Source: Malacoraja senta (lineage: Eukaryota). From it: a stretch of DNA of 36,053 bases. Both the position numbers and the translations under genes were made by a program. The notes under the pieces are model-generated. The model was not told the origin of the DNA. It ran no database searches and was given only the letters and a program-made list of their open reading frames with translations. Shown piece after piece: positions 1-12,146 of the stretch (its first letter is position 1; each line of letters starts with the position of its first letter). The DNA lies in the NCBI GenBank assembly GCA_038087875.1, contig JAXLNO010000130.1:62001-98053 (forward strand). The letters run 5' to 3'.

Positions 1-298
1 GCAGCGGTAGAGTCGATGTCTTACAGCGAATGCAGCGCCGGAGACCCGGGTCCGATCCCGACTACGGGCGCCGCCTGTACGGAGTTTGCACGTTCTCCCC
101 GTGACCTGCGTGGGTTTTCTCCGAGATCTTCGGTTTCCTCCCGAAGACTCCAAAGACGTGCAGGTTTGTAGGTTAATTGGCTTGGTGTAAATGTAAAAAT
201 TGTCCCCAGTGGGTGTGTAGGATGGTGTTGATGTGCGGGGATCGCTGGTCGGCACGGACCCGGTGGGCTGAAGGGCCTGTTTCACGCTGTATCTCAAA
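1..298 (+). mobile_element. tRNA-derived SINE (HE1/V-SINE-like), 5' end cut by window edge
   Basis: tRNA-like head (GCAGCGGTAGAG...GGGTCCGATCCC), central core GAGTTTGCACGTTCTCCCCGTGACCTGCGTGGGTTT, CR1-like tail GGGCTGAAGGGCCTGTTTC; about 10 related copies in window. Confidence 0.85.
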
Positions 299-319
299 AC
301 CACCACCCCCTCCTCTCTT

Positions 320-600
320 GCCTGTAAATCTTCTCTGCACCCTTTCCAGCATATTGACTTCCTTCCTGTAGCCGTGCATCTAAAATTGAACACAATACTC
401 TAAATGCGGCCTCACCCACGCAACATAACATCACGACTTCTATACTCAATACCCTGACTGATGGAGGCCAGTGCACCAAAGGCCTTCTTTACCACTCCAT
501 CTATCTGTGGCGCCACCTTTAGGTCACTATGGACCTGCATTCCTCGATTCTTTTACTCTACAACAACCCCCAGAGTTCTGCCATTCAATGTGAAGATTCT
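320..600 (-). mobile_element. CR1 LINE fragment
   Basis: Minus-strand translation contains CR1 ORF2 C-terminal motif 'YRKEVNMLERVQRRFT'. Confidence 0.7.
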
Positions 601-603
601 ACG

Positions 604-1072
604 TGGGGTTGCCAACTGTCCCGTATTAGCCAGGACATCCCGTATATATTGGGCTAAATTGGTTTGTCTGCTACTACTCGGGTCGAGGGGTCTGTCGGGT
701 CAGACCCCGCCTCACCCGTCCCGACGTAGTGCAGCCCATGGAGTGCAGCAGCAGCACCTCGCCCGTGGCCCCGTCGGTCGGTCGGTCGGCAGCCCAGCCA
801 GCTGTCCGACCTTCGGACCTTCGCTTACCGCCACCACCCCTCCTTCTCACGGGCCGATCATCGGTTCATGAGTTGGACGGGGTGCCGGACTTTGCGCGCG
901 ACGTCCCGCAGCCCCCCGGGCCAAAACGCCTCAGCTGGCCCGCCGGCTGGGCTTTGTGTCCAGTCCAGCACCCGGGGCCAACTCATCATTCACCCAGCCA
1001 CGGCCGAGTCGGGCAACGAATTGCCGTCGGGAATTTGTCCCGTATTTTTACTGTTTGTCCCTTATTCGGGAG
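604..1072 (+). mobile_element. Non-autonomous hAT-like DNA transposon fragment (left end only)
   Basis: Starts GGGGTTGCCAAC, similar to the CAGGGCTGCCAAC TIR at 29448; subterminal TGTCCCGTA repeats; no right TIR seen. Confidence 0.5.
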
Positions 1073-1154
1073 GCTATGAAAAAAATTCCAGTGAAAATAA
1101 ATATTTTTTATTGGTAGAAAATTCTTCCGATTAGACAAGTTGTTACTTCAGAGG

Positions 1155-2442
1155 AAGTGACGTGGCCTCCTTTACGCTTGGTGAGACCAAGCGTAAACTC
1201 GGTGACCGTTTCGCCGAAAACTAACACCCCGTCCGCCAAGGCCTGCTGGATCTCCCGGCTATTAACCGTTTCAACTGCCCTTCCCATTCCCACACTGACC
1301 TTTCTGTCCTGGGCCTCCTCCATTGCCAGAGTGAGGCCCAGCACTAACTGGAGGACCAGCACCTCATATTCCGCATGGGCAGCTTACACCCCAGCGGTAT
1401 GAACATTGACTTCTCCAATTTCAAGCTAAAACCCCCTGGCCCTTGCCCCGCCCCCTCCCCCTCCCCCCCACCCAGCTATCTCTCCGACCATCCCCTCCCC
1501 AAGTCTCCCTGCTCCTTGCCCCTTCTTGCCCCTCCTCCCATCTCCCATCCCCGAGTCCTCCATTTCCCTTGTCTCTCTCCTGTCCACTCCCACCCTTATC
1601 CCTCCCTCCCTCCCTCCAGCTTTCCTCTCCTCACTTCTCTTCTCCCCTTCTTTTACACCCTTTTCTCTCCTTTTCACCTGTGGCCTGTGCCAACCAATCC
1701 CCCACCCTCACCTGTATCCACCTATCACTCAGCAGGCTTTCACCTGCCCCCTCCTTTCCAGCTTTCTTCCCCCTCCCCACCCCCCACACCCACCCCCCCG
1801 CCCAACTATAAAGGGGCTGTCCCACTTGGGCGACCTAATTGGCGAGTTTAGAAGAGTTTGAAAAAATGACATGTTGAAGACCTCCTTCGACTATGTAGAA
1901 GACCTCCTTCAACCTCCTTCAACCTCCTTCAACCTCCTTCAACCTCCTTCGACCATGTTCAAGACTAGCTACGACTAACTTTGGGAAAATCGGACACCGA
2001 ATAGTGGAGAGTGAAGATGACCTCTGTCGATCTCCTTCGACCTCCCTTCAACTATGTTGAAGACTATCTACGACTACCTTCGACTACCCTCGATTACCTA
2101 CGACTAACATGCCGACCTACTCCGACCTACTACGACTAAACATACGTTAAAAATACGCCGCGACCTAGCTGGGGCCTCGAGTACGCGGAGACTACTCTCG
2201 AGCATGAAGGAGAGTTACGAAGACCTCCTAGGACCTCGTGTCGACCATGGTGCGAGTATGAGTCGAGGGCAAACTCACCAGAACTCGCGGATTAGGTCGC
2301 CCAAGTGGGACAGCCTCTTAATGAGGTTCGTGACCCAAATGTCTCCTGTCCATTCCCTCCACGGACGCTGCCTGGCCCGCTGAGTTCCTCCGGCAATTTG
2401 TGTTTTGCTCGGGATTCCAGCATCTGCAGTTCCTTGTGCCTC
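1155..2442 (+). mobile_element. Penelope-like element 3' fragment (GIY-YIG endonuclease end, pyrimidine tract, terminal repeat), interrupted by a MITE
   Basis: Degenerate translation 'GETKRKLGDRFAE...SHSHTDLSVLGLLHCQSEA...HLIFRMGSLHPSGMNIDFSNF'; after the MITE (1812-2318) it continues into the GCTGCCTGGCCCGCTGAGTT...CCAGCATCTGCAGTTCC terminal repeat. Confidence 0.8.
1812..2318. mobile_element. PIF/Harbinger-type MITE
   Basis: ~28 bp TIRs AGGGGCTGTCCCACTTGGGCGACCTAAT / ATTAGGTCGCCCAAGTGGGACAGCCTCT; TAA TSD at 1809-1811 and 2319-2321; internal AACCTCCTTC 10-mer repeats. Confidence 0.85.
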
Positions 2443-2857
2443 CAGCAGGGAAATGTGAGAAATTTACAGTCCACAATTTGATAAATTACTTTGAGTAAAG
2501 AGAATAAACGCTCTCAAAAGGAGCAGCATGACACAGAAGGACCACCCGTGATGATGATACCTGTTAAAGCAAGTCTTGTGTTTCAAAAAACAATATGATG
2601 ATTTTGCAACAAGTACGCAGAGTTTAGGGCCTTTTGGAATATTGCGTGCAGTTCTGTGTGGCCATGAATTCATGAGGATGTTTCCAGGACTCGAGGAGCC
2701 TGAGTTACAGGGAGAGGCTGGGCAGGCTAGGACTTTATTCCTCGGATTGCAGGAGGATGAGGGGTGTTCAAAATACAAATGCACTTTCTTGCTGTAAACA
2801 TGGAGTATGTGACCAAACGAGCAATATTCCTGTTAGCTACTGAAACGTACGTTATTA

Positions 2858-3121
2858 AGGGCCTGTCCCACTTGGGCGTCATTTGGGCGTCATTTGCGCG
2901 TCATTTACGCTACAACATTTACGCGTCACGATGCACGATGCGTGCGTCGTGACGTGCAGGTGATGCGCGCATGGCGTGCAATACGCACGCATGGCGCGTG
3001 GTGAGGCGTGGTGGCGTAGGCAGTGACGCGGTCGCGCGCGGCACCCCAGGATTTGGGGATTCACAAATTCTTTACGCGCCACCTACGTGACGCGCAAATG
3101 ACGCCCAAGTGGACTGGCCCT
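2858..3121. mobile_element. PIF/Harbinger-type MITE
   Basis: TIRs AGGGCCTGTCCCACTTGGGCGTCATTTG / CAAATGACGCCCAAGTGGACTGGCCCT; TTA TSD at 2855-2857 and 3122-3124. Confidence 0.85.
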
Positions 3122-3268
3122 TTAATTGTAACGCTGCATAATAAACGGATGAAATTAAATATGAAATGTCTCTAGGTTGTAGGTTAGTGGGTAACGGTCG
3201 TGTTAATGCATGTAACCCATTTGTCACAAAGTGAGGGTGAGCACTATATTGGACCAAACCCCCACAAA

Positions 3269-3365
3269 GAGTCTGAAGAAGGGTTTCGGCCGAAACGTTA
3301 CCTATTTCCTTCGCTCCATAGATGCTGCTGCACCCGCTGAGTTTCTCCAGCATTTTTGTGTACCA
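3269..3365 (+). mobile_element. Short Penelope-derived repeat with hammerhead-like core
   Basis: CTGAAGA-AGGGTTTCGGCC-GAAACGTT; flanked by direct repeat CCCCACAAA (3260-3268, 3366-3374). Confidence 0.75.
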
Positions 3366-3635
3366 CCCCACAAATATATGTTACATTCAAAACTAAACTA
3401 TGTACAGTATTCATGTCTAAACCTCGCACTTATGCATCAGCGTAGCTATGTGTACACTACATTTTATTACACTAATATAGAATGAAAATATGGAAAAAAT
3501 ATCTTGGCATGTGTTCATTGATATTTTATTCACAGTATTAGGATTTCATAGAGGGAGGGAGAGAGAGAGAGATTGAAAGAAAAAAAAAAAAGGTTGCTCA
3601 CAAATAATTAGAAGGAATCACAAAGAAAGTGGAGA

Positions 3636-3636
3636 A

Positions 3637-3687
<51 letters not shown>

Positions 3688-3760
3688 ATATAACATACAT
3701 ATATATCACACACACATATATATATAATGAATATAGATGTGTTTATATATATATATATAT
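3636..3760. repeat. (TA)n/(TG)n microsatellites
   Basis: Directly visible dinucleotide runs. Confidence 0.95.
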
Positions 3761-5099
3761 TACTAAAATTCTGATCTTGACCACTTCCTGGAAAAAACGC
3801 TGCCACTTACGGCTGTGATTTTTGGTCATCTTACTCAGAGTCCCCCTCCGCTGCGCAGGACAAGAGGATTTTTCCCATCGATGAAAAATAAAAGAGTTAT
3901 TAGTGTTTTTAAAAATGTTGAGATTCCCTCTCCTGAAGGCCACGCCCCTTCCGGAGGGTCTATAAAACCCGTAAGTGTTGAGTGCCTCGGTCAGTCTCTG
4001 CAAGATGGGGGAGCGAGAGGGTCATGTCTCTCAGTCTGAGCTGTGAATAACACTGAACACATGTCTACTAAACTGTGTGGTTTTACTGACCTGTCAGTGC
4101 CCTTAATGTGGTTTGAAAATAATAGTTTGGAAATGCTAAAGCTGTGTTGCCTTTGGTTTGGAAATGCTAAAGCTGTGTTGCCTTTGGTTTGGAAATGCTA
4201 AACCTGTGTTGCCTTTGGTTTGGAAATGCTAAAGCTGTGTTGCCTTTGCTTTGGAAATGCTAAAGCTGTTTACCAAATTAAAGTTGCGATGCCTAATTAA
4301 AGTTGCCTTGCCTAATTGAAGTTGCCTTGCCTAATTAAAGTTGCCTTGCCTTCTATATAATTAAAAGTCTAATCTTGGCCACTTCCTGTTTGCGCTTTAT
4401 ATTGATTTTTAGAAAAAATGCTACCACGTATGGCTGTAATTTTTGCCATCTTACTCAGTGTCCCCTCCGCTCATCAGGTTCTGTGGATTTTTCCCATCGA
4501 TGAAAAATAAAAGAGATATTAGTGTTTAAAAAAATGTTGAGATTCTCTTCTCCCAGTCAATCACGCCATGAAGGCACGCCCCTTCTGGTGGGGGGGGAGG
4601 GACTATAAAACCCAGAAGTGTGGGCGTGGCTCAGTCACTGCAAGATGGAGGAGGAGAGGTCACGACTCGCTGTCTTTAGTGGACTTGCATCCTGCTTGAA
4701 ATGGTATGAAACTGCACGAATTTGGTGGCCTTGCACTCTGCTTGAAGTGGTAAGAAACTGCACTTGAATTTGGTGGCCTTGCACCCTGCTTTAAATGGAA
4801 TTTCAAGGAATAGCCGTGAGTCAACTGCCAGCCCACCTGTCGTGAGTGAGTGAGCTGCCAGCGCAACAGGCTTGAGTGACTGAGCCGCCAGCCCAATAAA
4901 CCATTTGGCCCACAATGTTTATACTAGCCCTCTGGAAACCAGTCCCTTCAGCCCACAACACCCATACTAGCACCCCAGAAAGCCCCCCCCCCAACCCCCA
5001 CTGGCCACCAATATTGGAACTGGTGTAGAGGTGGAATATTGCGTTGGGGGACCAGCCCTCCCGTGTGATGCTGGGACCCACGGGTCCCACTTAGTCTAG
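3756..5099 (+). mobile_element. Non-autonomous Helitron with duplicated 5' region
   Basis: 3' end: GGGACCC-AC-GGGTCCC hairpin (5073-5088), then CTAG|T at 5096-5100; TCTATATAATTAAAAG 5' end at 4352; ~290 bp 5' unit present twice (~3758-4040, ~4352-4660); internal 31-bp and 19-bp tandem repeats (4125-4350). Confidence 0.75.
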
Positions 5100-5119
5100 T
5101 ATATATATATAAACTAGAG

Positions 5120-5455
5120 AAATATGGAGGTGTGTAAAATAATGAGGGGAATGGCTAGGGTGAATGTACAGAGTGTTTTAACCCTCGGGGAAGGGAAGCA
5201 GGAACTAGACGGCCTAGCTTTACGGTGAGCGGTGAACGATTTAATAGGAACCTGAGGGGCAACTTTTCCACACAGAGCGTGGTGGGTGTATGGAACGAGC
5301 TGCCAGAGGAGGTAGTTGAGGCTGGGACTATAACGGCATTTGGTCAGGGGAGATGGATAGGAAAGTTTTAGAGGGATGTGGGCCAGACGCGGACAGGAGG
5401 GATTTGCTGAGATGGGGAATCTTGGTTGGCATGGACAAGTACTGTATGACTTATC
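5120..5455 (+). mobile_element. CR1 LINE 3' fragment
   Basis: CR1 3' motifs (TTTTCCACACAGAG...TGGAACGAGCTGCCAGAGGAGGTAGTTGAGGC). Confidence 0.7.
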
Positions 5456-8400
5456 GTGCAGGAAGTGTGTGATTCTGATGATGTTGCCTGGATTAGGGAG
5501 AAATGGGATAGGTTGGGAAGAAGGGGCCGAAGGGTGAGCTGACTGAGGTATATAATAGGGTCGATGGTCAGAATCCTCTCCCCACATTTTCACATAGGAA
5601 TGCAATGCTGAGGCTCTATAAGGCGCTGGTCAGAACGCTTGGAGTATAGTGAGCAGTTTTGGGCACCTGAGGAAGGATGTGCTGGCTTACGTACAAACTC
5701 CGACCACAATCATGAAACTCCGTACGGACAGCACCCCAGGTCAGGATGGAACCCGGGTCTCTGGCGCTGTGAGGCAGCAACTCTACCGCTGAGGCACCGG
5801 GTCGCTTTCTTTTGTAAACCAGCATCTGCAGTTCCTTGTTTCTAAGATTATTAGTAAATTGCAAAAATGGAATTGAAGGCAGATATATGTGGCAATGAAG
5901 ATCACCATTGTAATACTGAACTATTAAACTCTTGAACCATTGAAAGACAGCCTTTGATCTCAGTCCCTATGGTGAATGTCATCGCGCCAAATATTGATCA
6001 CCCTGAGTTTTTTAGACAGTTAATTGCATCCTTTCCTAATTTAAATGAACACTTTTTATTAATGGGTGGAGATTTCAACTGTTGTTTGAATCCCTCGATT
6101 GACACATCTACATCTGATCATGTGCTTCCAAATAAATCAGCTAGTTTTATTGATTATTTTTTACTTGACTCTGGAATGTTAGAAGTCTGGAGATTCTTAC
6201 ACCCAAATGACAAAGAATTTTCATTTTTCTCTCATGTATATCATAGTTACTCTAGGATTGACTATTTTATACTAGTTTCTCGGCTAGTTCCATCGGTCAT
6301 TGCATGTGAGTATGATGCAATTGCTATTTCGGATCACGCATCATTGAAACTATTAATCAAACTACCTGATTCCAAGTTCAGTGCTAAACAATGGCGATTT
6401 AATGCTACGTTGCTTCAAGATTTAAACTTTATTAATTTTATGAAAGATCAGATTGCTTTTTACTTCTTGACAAACTCTACTGAAGAGATATCCAATGGTG
6501 TAGTCTGGGATGCTTTTAAGGCATATATTCGTGGACAAATTATTTCATACTCCGCGGGATTAAAAAAACAAACACAAAAAGAAATACGTACATTGGCTGA
6601 TGAGATTAGAGAAATTGATAAAAAATATTCAAAAGCTCCTAGTTTAGAGCTCTATAAGAATAGAGTTGAACTTCAATTGAGACATGATTTGTTATTAGTA
6701 TCACCGATTGAGATCCAGCTACTTAAAACCAATAGTCAATTTTATAAACATGGCGAAAAATCTGGTAAATTACTCGCTAATCAATTGAAAGCGGTGTCGG
6801 CCAAGCGTCAGATTACTAAAGTGAGTAAACGGGATGGAACACTAACTGTAGACCATGACAAAATTAACAAATCCTTTCAGGAATTTTATACCTCCCTATA
6901 CCAATCAGAATTTCCTACTGATTCCAATATAATGCATGAGTTATTAAAGAAACTGAACTTGCCAAATTTACCACATAATGAGTCTCTGTTGTTAGATGAA
7001 CCCATCACGGAAGAAGAAATACAGAAAGCAATTTTTTCAATGAATTCTGGTAAAGCTCCCGGTTTAGATGGGTTTACAGTAGAATTTTTAAAGTATTTCT
7101 CAAGTTTATTGTCTCCATGGCTATGCAAGGTTTTAAAGAAGCCTTTTTAAGGAATAGATTACCACAATCTTTTTATGAAGCTTCTATCTCTTTAATTCTT
7201 TAAAAAGATAAAGACCCTACTGAAGTGACATCATATAGACCTATATCAATGTTAAATGTAGATTTTAAAATTCTTTCCAAAATATTAGCTATGAGATTGG
7301 AAAAGATTTTACCGCAAATTATCTCTGAAGATCAGACAGGTTTTATTAAAAATCGTTACTCATACTTTAACGTTAGGAGATTAATTAATATTTTATATAC
7401 ATCGTCTAATAAAACCCCAGAATGTGTCATCTCACTTGATGCCGAGAAGGCGTTTGATAGAGTAGAATGGGAATACTTATTCAATACACTTGAAAAATTT
7501 AAGATTGGTCCAAAATTTATGTCTTGGATCAAGCTGATATATCTTATACCTCAGGCTTCTGTATTTACTAATAATCAGAGATCCCCTTTTTTCAGGCTCT
7601 TTCGAGGTACTAAACAGGGCTGTCCCTTAAGTCCTTTACTATTTGATATTGCTTTGGAACCTTTAGCCACCGCTATTAGGGAATCCCCTAATATTTTTGG
7701 TATCGTCCGCGGGAATAAGACACATAAGCTATCTCTTTATGCAGATGATCTGCTATTATTCATTTCTAACCCTGAGAAATCTATGCCGGCAATAGTAGCA
7801 TTACTTAATCAATTTAGTAGTTTCTCTGGTTATAAACTAAATCTTAGTAAGAGTGAGCTTTTTCCATTAAATAATCTTGTTTCGAATTATGGACAGTTTC
7901 CACTTAGATTGACTACCGAAAGTTTTACTTATTTAGGTATTAAGATTACTAAGAAACACAAGGATTTATTTAAAGCTAATTTTATGCCTTTAATTGACCA
8001 TATTAAACATCAGTTTACTAAATGGTCACCAATGTCCTTATCCTTAATTGGCCGAATCAATGCTATTAAAATGTTAATTTTACCTAAATTTCTGTACTTA
8101 TTTCAGACGATACCAATTTTTATTGCCAAATCTTTCTTCGATATTATAGATTCCAAAATTTCTTCATATATATGGCAGAATAAAAACCCCACACTAAGTA
8201 AAAAAATACTTACAGAAATCAAAAAAAGATGGTGGTTTGGCATTGCCGAACCTTAGACTCTACTATTAGGCAGTCAATGTTCATTATTTAACGTTTTGGA
8301 CAAAAGATTTAGAAGATACCCAATGCCCAGGATGGATAAACCTTGAACGTGATTCCTTACAAGGACTATCATTGGCTTCTATTCTAGGGGCCTCGTTACC

Positions 8401-8658
8401 TTTTACAATTACGAGATTGAATAAATATACGACTAACCCAATAATAAGACATACGTTCCGAATATGGTTTCAATTTCGTAAGTTTTTTGGACTAAATGAT
8501 TTTATCTTATCGAGTCCTATTTTATCCAATTTTCTCTTCCAACCATCTAGTACTGATCAAGTCATTTTGTTATGGAAGAGGAAGGGATTAGTAGCTTTTC
8601 GTGATTTGTTTTTGCAGGGTTGTTTTACGTCTTTCGAACAAGTTTCCAATAAATATAA

Positions 8659-8757
8659 ACCTGTCTGAAGAAGGGTTTCGGCCCGAAACGTTGCCTATTT
8701 CCTTCGCTCCATAGATGCTGCTGCACCCGCTGAGTTTCTCCAGCATTTTTGTGTACC
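8659..8757 (+). mobile_element. Short Penelope-derived hammerhead-core repeat inserted in L1
   Basis: CTGAAGAAGGGTTTCGGCCCGAAACGTT...; 14-bp TSD TCCAATAAATATAA at 8645-8658 and 8758-8771. Confidence 0.85.
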
Positions 8758-9246
8758 TCCAATAAATATAACTTACCTAATTCACACTTTTTTAGATAAT
8801 TACAAATTAGACATTTTTTGAAGGCTACTCTATCGCTTTTTCCGCTACCACATCAATCGAAAATTTTGGATTTTTTTTCCAGTTGAACCCTTATCAGAAA
8901 GGATTAATAACAACTATTTATTTCGAAATTACAAATAGATATATTTGATAAAATTAAGAATGACTGGGAAAGAGAACTCCAAATGTCTTTATCTATAGAG
9001 AAATGGGAGAGGATTCTTCAATTAGTTAATACCTCTTCAATGTGTGCAAGACACGCTTTGATACAATTCAAGGTGGTTCACAGAGCTCATATGTCAAAAG
9101 ATAAGTTAGCTCATTTTTATGGTCATATAAATCCTACCTGTGACAGATGTAACTTTGAAGTGGCCTCACTGACCCATATGTTTTGGTCCTGCCCACTTTT
9201 GGAAAAATATTGGAAAGAAATTTTTGATACTATTTCTGCAGTCTTA

Positions 9247-9817
9247 AAGGCCTGTCTCACGAGTCTGCGGTCATTGGCGGTGAAACGGGAAGAATCTGCC
9301 GCCATAGACCGGGCACTCGTGAGAACGCACAATTCCGGGGCCGTGCGGCGTTGTTCCCAACACCGCACGGTGCTAAAATAAAACCTACACTGTTCAAAAA
9401 TATGTCCCTACCGCACAACCTCCGCCAGTGAGGCACGAGTGCGGCACGGTCGCCGCCAGTGTGGCTCGAGCGCCGTGCGTCGAACTTGCACCATCACAGC
9501 CTCCACCAGTGAGGCACGTGTGCGGCACGGCCGCTGGCACAGCCACTGCTACAGTGCCGCGATCAGGACGGCCGCCGCCACAGCCGCCGCTAGTGAGTCA
9601 CGTGCAGCGGGCCGACGTCATCGCAGTCGGCCCGCCCTTTTTTTAACTTACCGCAAGCACGTGGGACCAGCCGTATTTCAATCACTCGGCCCCCGCGCAG
9701 CATCCGTGCGGCGCTCCCGTGGCATAGGCTCGGCGCTCTCGCCGTTGCCATGCGGTCCACTCTACAGGCGAAGCCGCGCTTCACCGCCGATGACCGCAAC
9801 AACGTAAGACAGAGCCT
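9247..9817. mobile_element. GC-rich Harbinger-type MITE inserted in L1
   Basis: Imperfect TIRs (..GGCCTGTCTCACG..TGCGGTCATTGGCGGTGAA / TTCACCGCCGATGACCGCA..CGTAAGACAGAGCCT); TTA TSD; removing it restores the L1 reading 'AVL|GIDLPPHP'. Confidence 0.85.
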
Positions 9818-9954
9818 TTAGGTATAGATTTACCACCTCATCCTATTACTGCAATTTCTGGGCTACCAATGTTAGATTTTATTCATTTGTCCCGCTCCGC
9901 CCATCGGTTGATTGCTTTTACCACATTAATCGCCAGAAGATCTATTTTATTTAG

Positions 9955-10530
9955 TCAAGTCAAGTCACATTTATTTATATAGCACATTTAAAAAACAACT
10001 CTCGTTGGCCAAAGTGCTTTACATTTGTTATAAGAATAGCATAAACAAAACAAACTACATACATATATACATGTAGCCCTCACTCAGAGGACGTCAGGAA
10101 AGACTTGGGAGTATAGATAAGTTTTTAGTCTTGACTTAAAGGAGTTGATGGAGGGGGCAGTTCTGATGGGAAGGGAGATGCTGTTCCACAGTCTAGGGGC
10201 TGCAACCGCAAAGGCGTGGTCGCCCCTGAGCTTATGCCTAGACCGTGGGATATTCAGCAACCCCATGTCGGCCGATCTGAGGGGCCTGGTGGTGGGTGAG
10301 AAGACTTTTTATGTAGGTGGGGGCAAGCCCATTGAGGGCTTTGTAGACATGGAGGAGGATCTTGAAGTTTATACGGAACCGCACAGGGAGCCAGTGGAGA
10401 GAGGCCAGGATCGGGGTGATGTGGTCCCTTTTTCGGGTGCCCGTCAGGAGTCTCGCTGCGGCGTTTTGGACCAGTTGCAGGCGGGACAGGGAAGATTGGC
10501 TGATGCCAGTGTAAAGGGAGTTGCAGTAAT
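9955..10530 (-). mobile_element. L2 LINE 3' fragment inserted in L1
   Basis: 'NYCNSLYTGISQSSLSRLQLVQNAAARLLTGTRKRDHITPILASLHWLPV' and 'AFAVAAPRLWNS...FKSRLKT'; short tandem-repeat tail; L1 'RRSILFKWK' resumes across it. Confidence 0.9.
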
Positions 10531-11164
10531 TTAAATGGAAAGGCTCCAACCCTCCGACCACACTCCAGTGGTATTCAGAAACGATATCATGTTTAAATTT
10601 AGATCAGGAGTGACATTGTTGAATCCTTGGTTAAATTTGATAAGACTTGGGGAAAATTTATTGATCACTTTCATGCAACATAAATTGCTCCCTCTTTAAC
10701 CGTTATAAAAAATATTTTACCTCTATAGGGTGGAACGGACTTGACGACAAACAGACTTAAATTGTTGAAATTCTAAGTTCAGATTCTGTTTTGCTTTGCT
10801 TAGTTTTTTTTATTTATTTTATTTTTATTCTAATTTTATGATTATTAATTTTTTTTTTCTTTAGTTTAGGGGGGTTTTGTTTTTTTCTTTTTTTCCTTTT
10901 CTTTTTGTCTTTTTATCTTTGTGTGATTTTTTAACATTTATAAGTTTTCTTTTAAAGATTTAACTATATTTACGTCGAGGTCTATATTCATTGTGTATTT
11001 TGACACTGGACTCATATTTAGGTTATACCTGTTATTAATGTAATCCTGATCCCTCTGTATCAATATCATTGTTATGTTTATCATTCTTCTTTTTGCTCTG
11101 TTTTTTATGTTTTATTTTTGTTTTTTTGAAAAAAAAACCCAAGATAAAGATTTTTAAAAGAAAG

Positions 11165-12105
11165 AATGCTCTCAGTTTTAGAATGAGCCCTGGATTCCCA
11201 GAATGATGCCTGAATTGGAGAGTCATAGAGTGTGCAAACGGGCCCTTCGGCCAATCTTGTCCACACCGGCCAACAATGTGCCAGCTACACTAGTCCCACC
11301 AGCCTGCGTTTGGCCCATATCCCTCCAAACTTGCCCAATCCATGTACCTGTCTAACTGCTTCTTAAACGTTGAGGGTATTAGCTACAGGAAGAGATTGGA
11401 CAGACTTGGAGTGTTTTCAAGAGAGAGTTAGATTTAGCTCTTGGGGCTTACCGAATCAAGGCATATGGGGAGAAAAAGCAGGAACGGGGGTACTGATTGT
11501 GGATGATCAGCCATGATCATATTGAATGGTGGTGCTGGCTCGAAGGGCTGAATGGCCAACTCCTGCACCTATTGTCTATGTTTCTATGTTTCTCTGGAAC
11601 GCCAGAGGTTGCGGGCAGACCTGATAGAAGTAAACCAAAAATCTGTAGCCTCCTTTTGCTCCGGTATTTTATTTAATTCACATGTTTAATCAGTAATGTT
11701 TTATTATTAATGTTTAATGTTTTATGTGTCATTCCTAACTGTCACTGTATGTCATGTTGTCACTTGTGGGCGGAGCACCAAGGCAAATTCCTTGTATGTG
11801 AATTCTTGGCCAATAAACTTATTCATTTATTCATTCATTCATGAATATAGAAGTACATAGAAGCAATAGATAATAGATAACAGACAATAGACAATAGGTG
11901 CAGGAGTAGGCCATTCGGTCCTTTGAGTCAGCACCGCCATTCAATGTGATCATGGCTGATCATCTCCAATCAGTACCTCATTCCTGCCTTCTCCCCATAT
12001 CCCCTGACTCCGCTATTTTTAAGAGCCCTATCTAGCTCTATCTTGAAAGTATCCAGAGAACCTGCCTCCACCGCCCTCTGAGGCAGAGAATTCGACAGAT
12101 TCCAC
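11165..12105. mobile_element. Cluster of CR1 3' fragments (both strands) and a Rex/Babar-type tail (~11634-11840)
   Basis: CR1 3' UTR GAATGGCC..CTCCTGCACCTATTGTCTAT; tail ending CCAATAAACTTATTCATTCATTC, matching 20390-20960. Confidence 0.7.
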
Positions 12106-12146
12106 TGAAGCATAGTATATATGTTAGTTCTGGTTAGTGTGGACCT

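Larger units (their letters stand above)
5960..11160 (+). mobile_element. L1-clade LINE, 5'-truncated and decayed ORF2 (EN-RT-Cys) plus 3' UTR, with three nested insertions
   Basis: EN motifs 'GGDFN', 'YSRIDYF', 'ISDHA'; RT motifs 'SLDAEKAFDRVEW', 'QGCPLSPLLF', 'YADD'; Cys motif 'CDRC...HMFWSC'; frameshifts near 7145 and 8205; coding remnant ends at TAA 10681-10683. Confidence 0.95.

Noticed and set aside
4125..4350. 31-bp direct repeats resembling a CRISPR array
   Set aside because: Head-to-tail with no unique spacers, no cas genes, eukaryotic context
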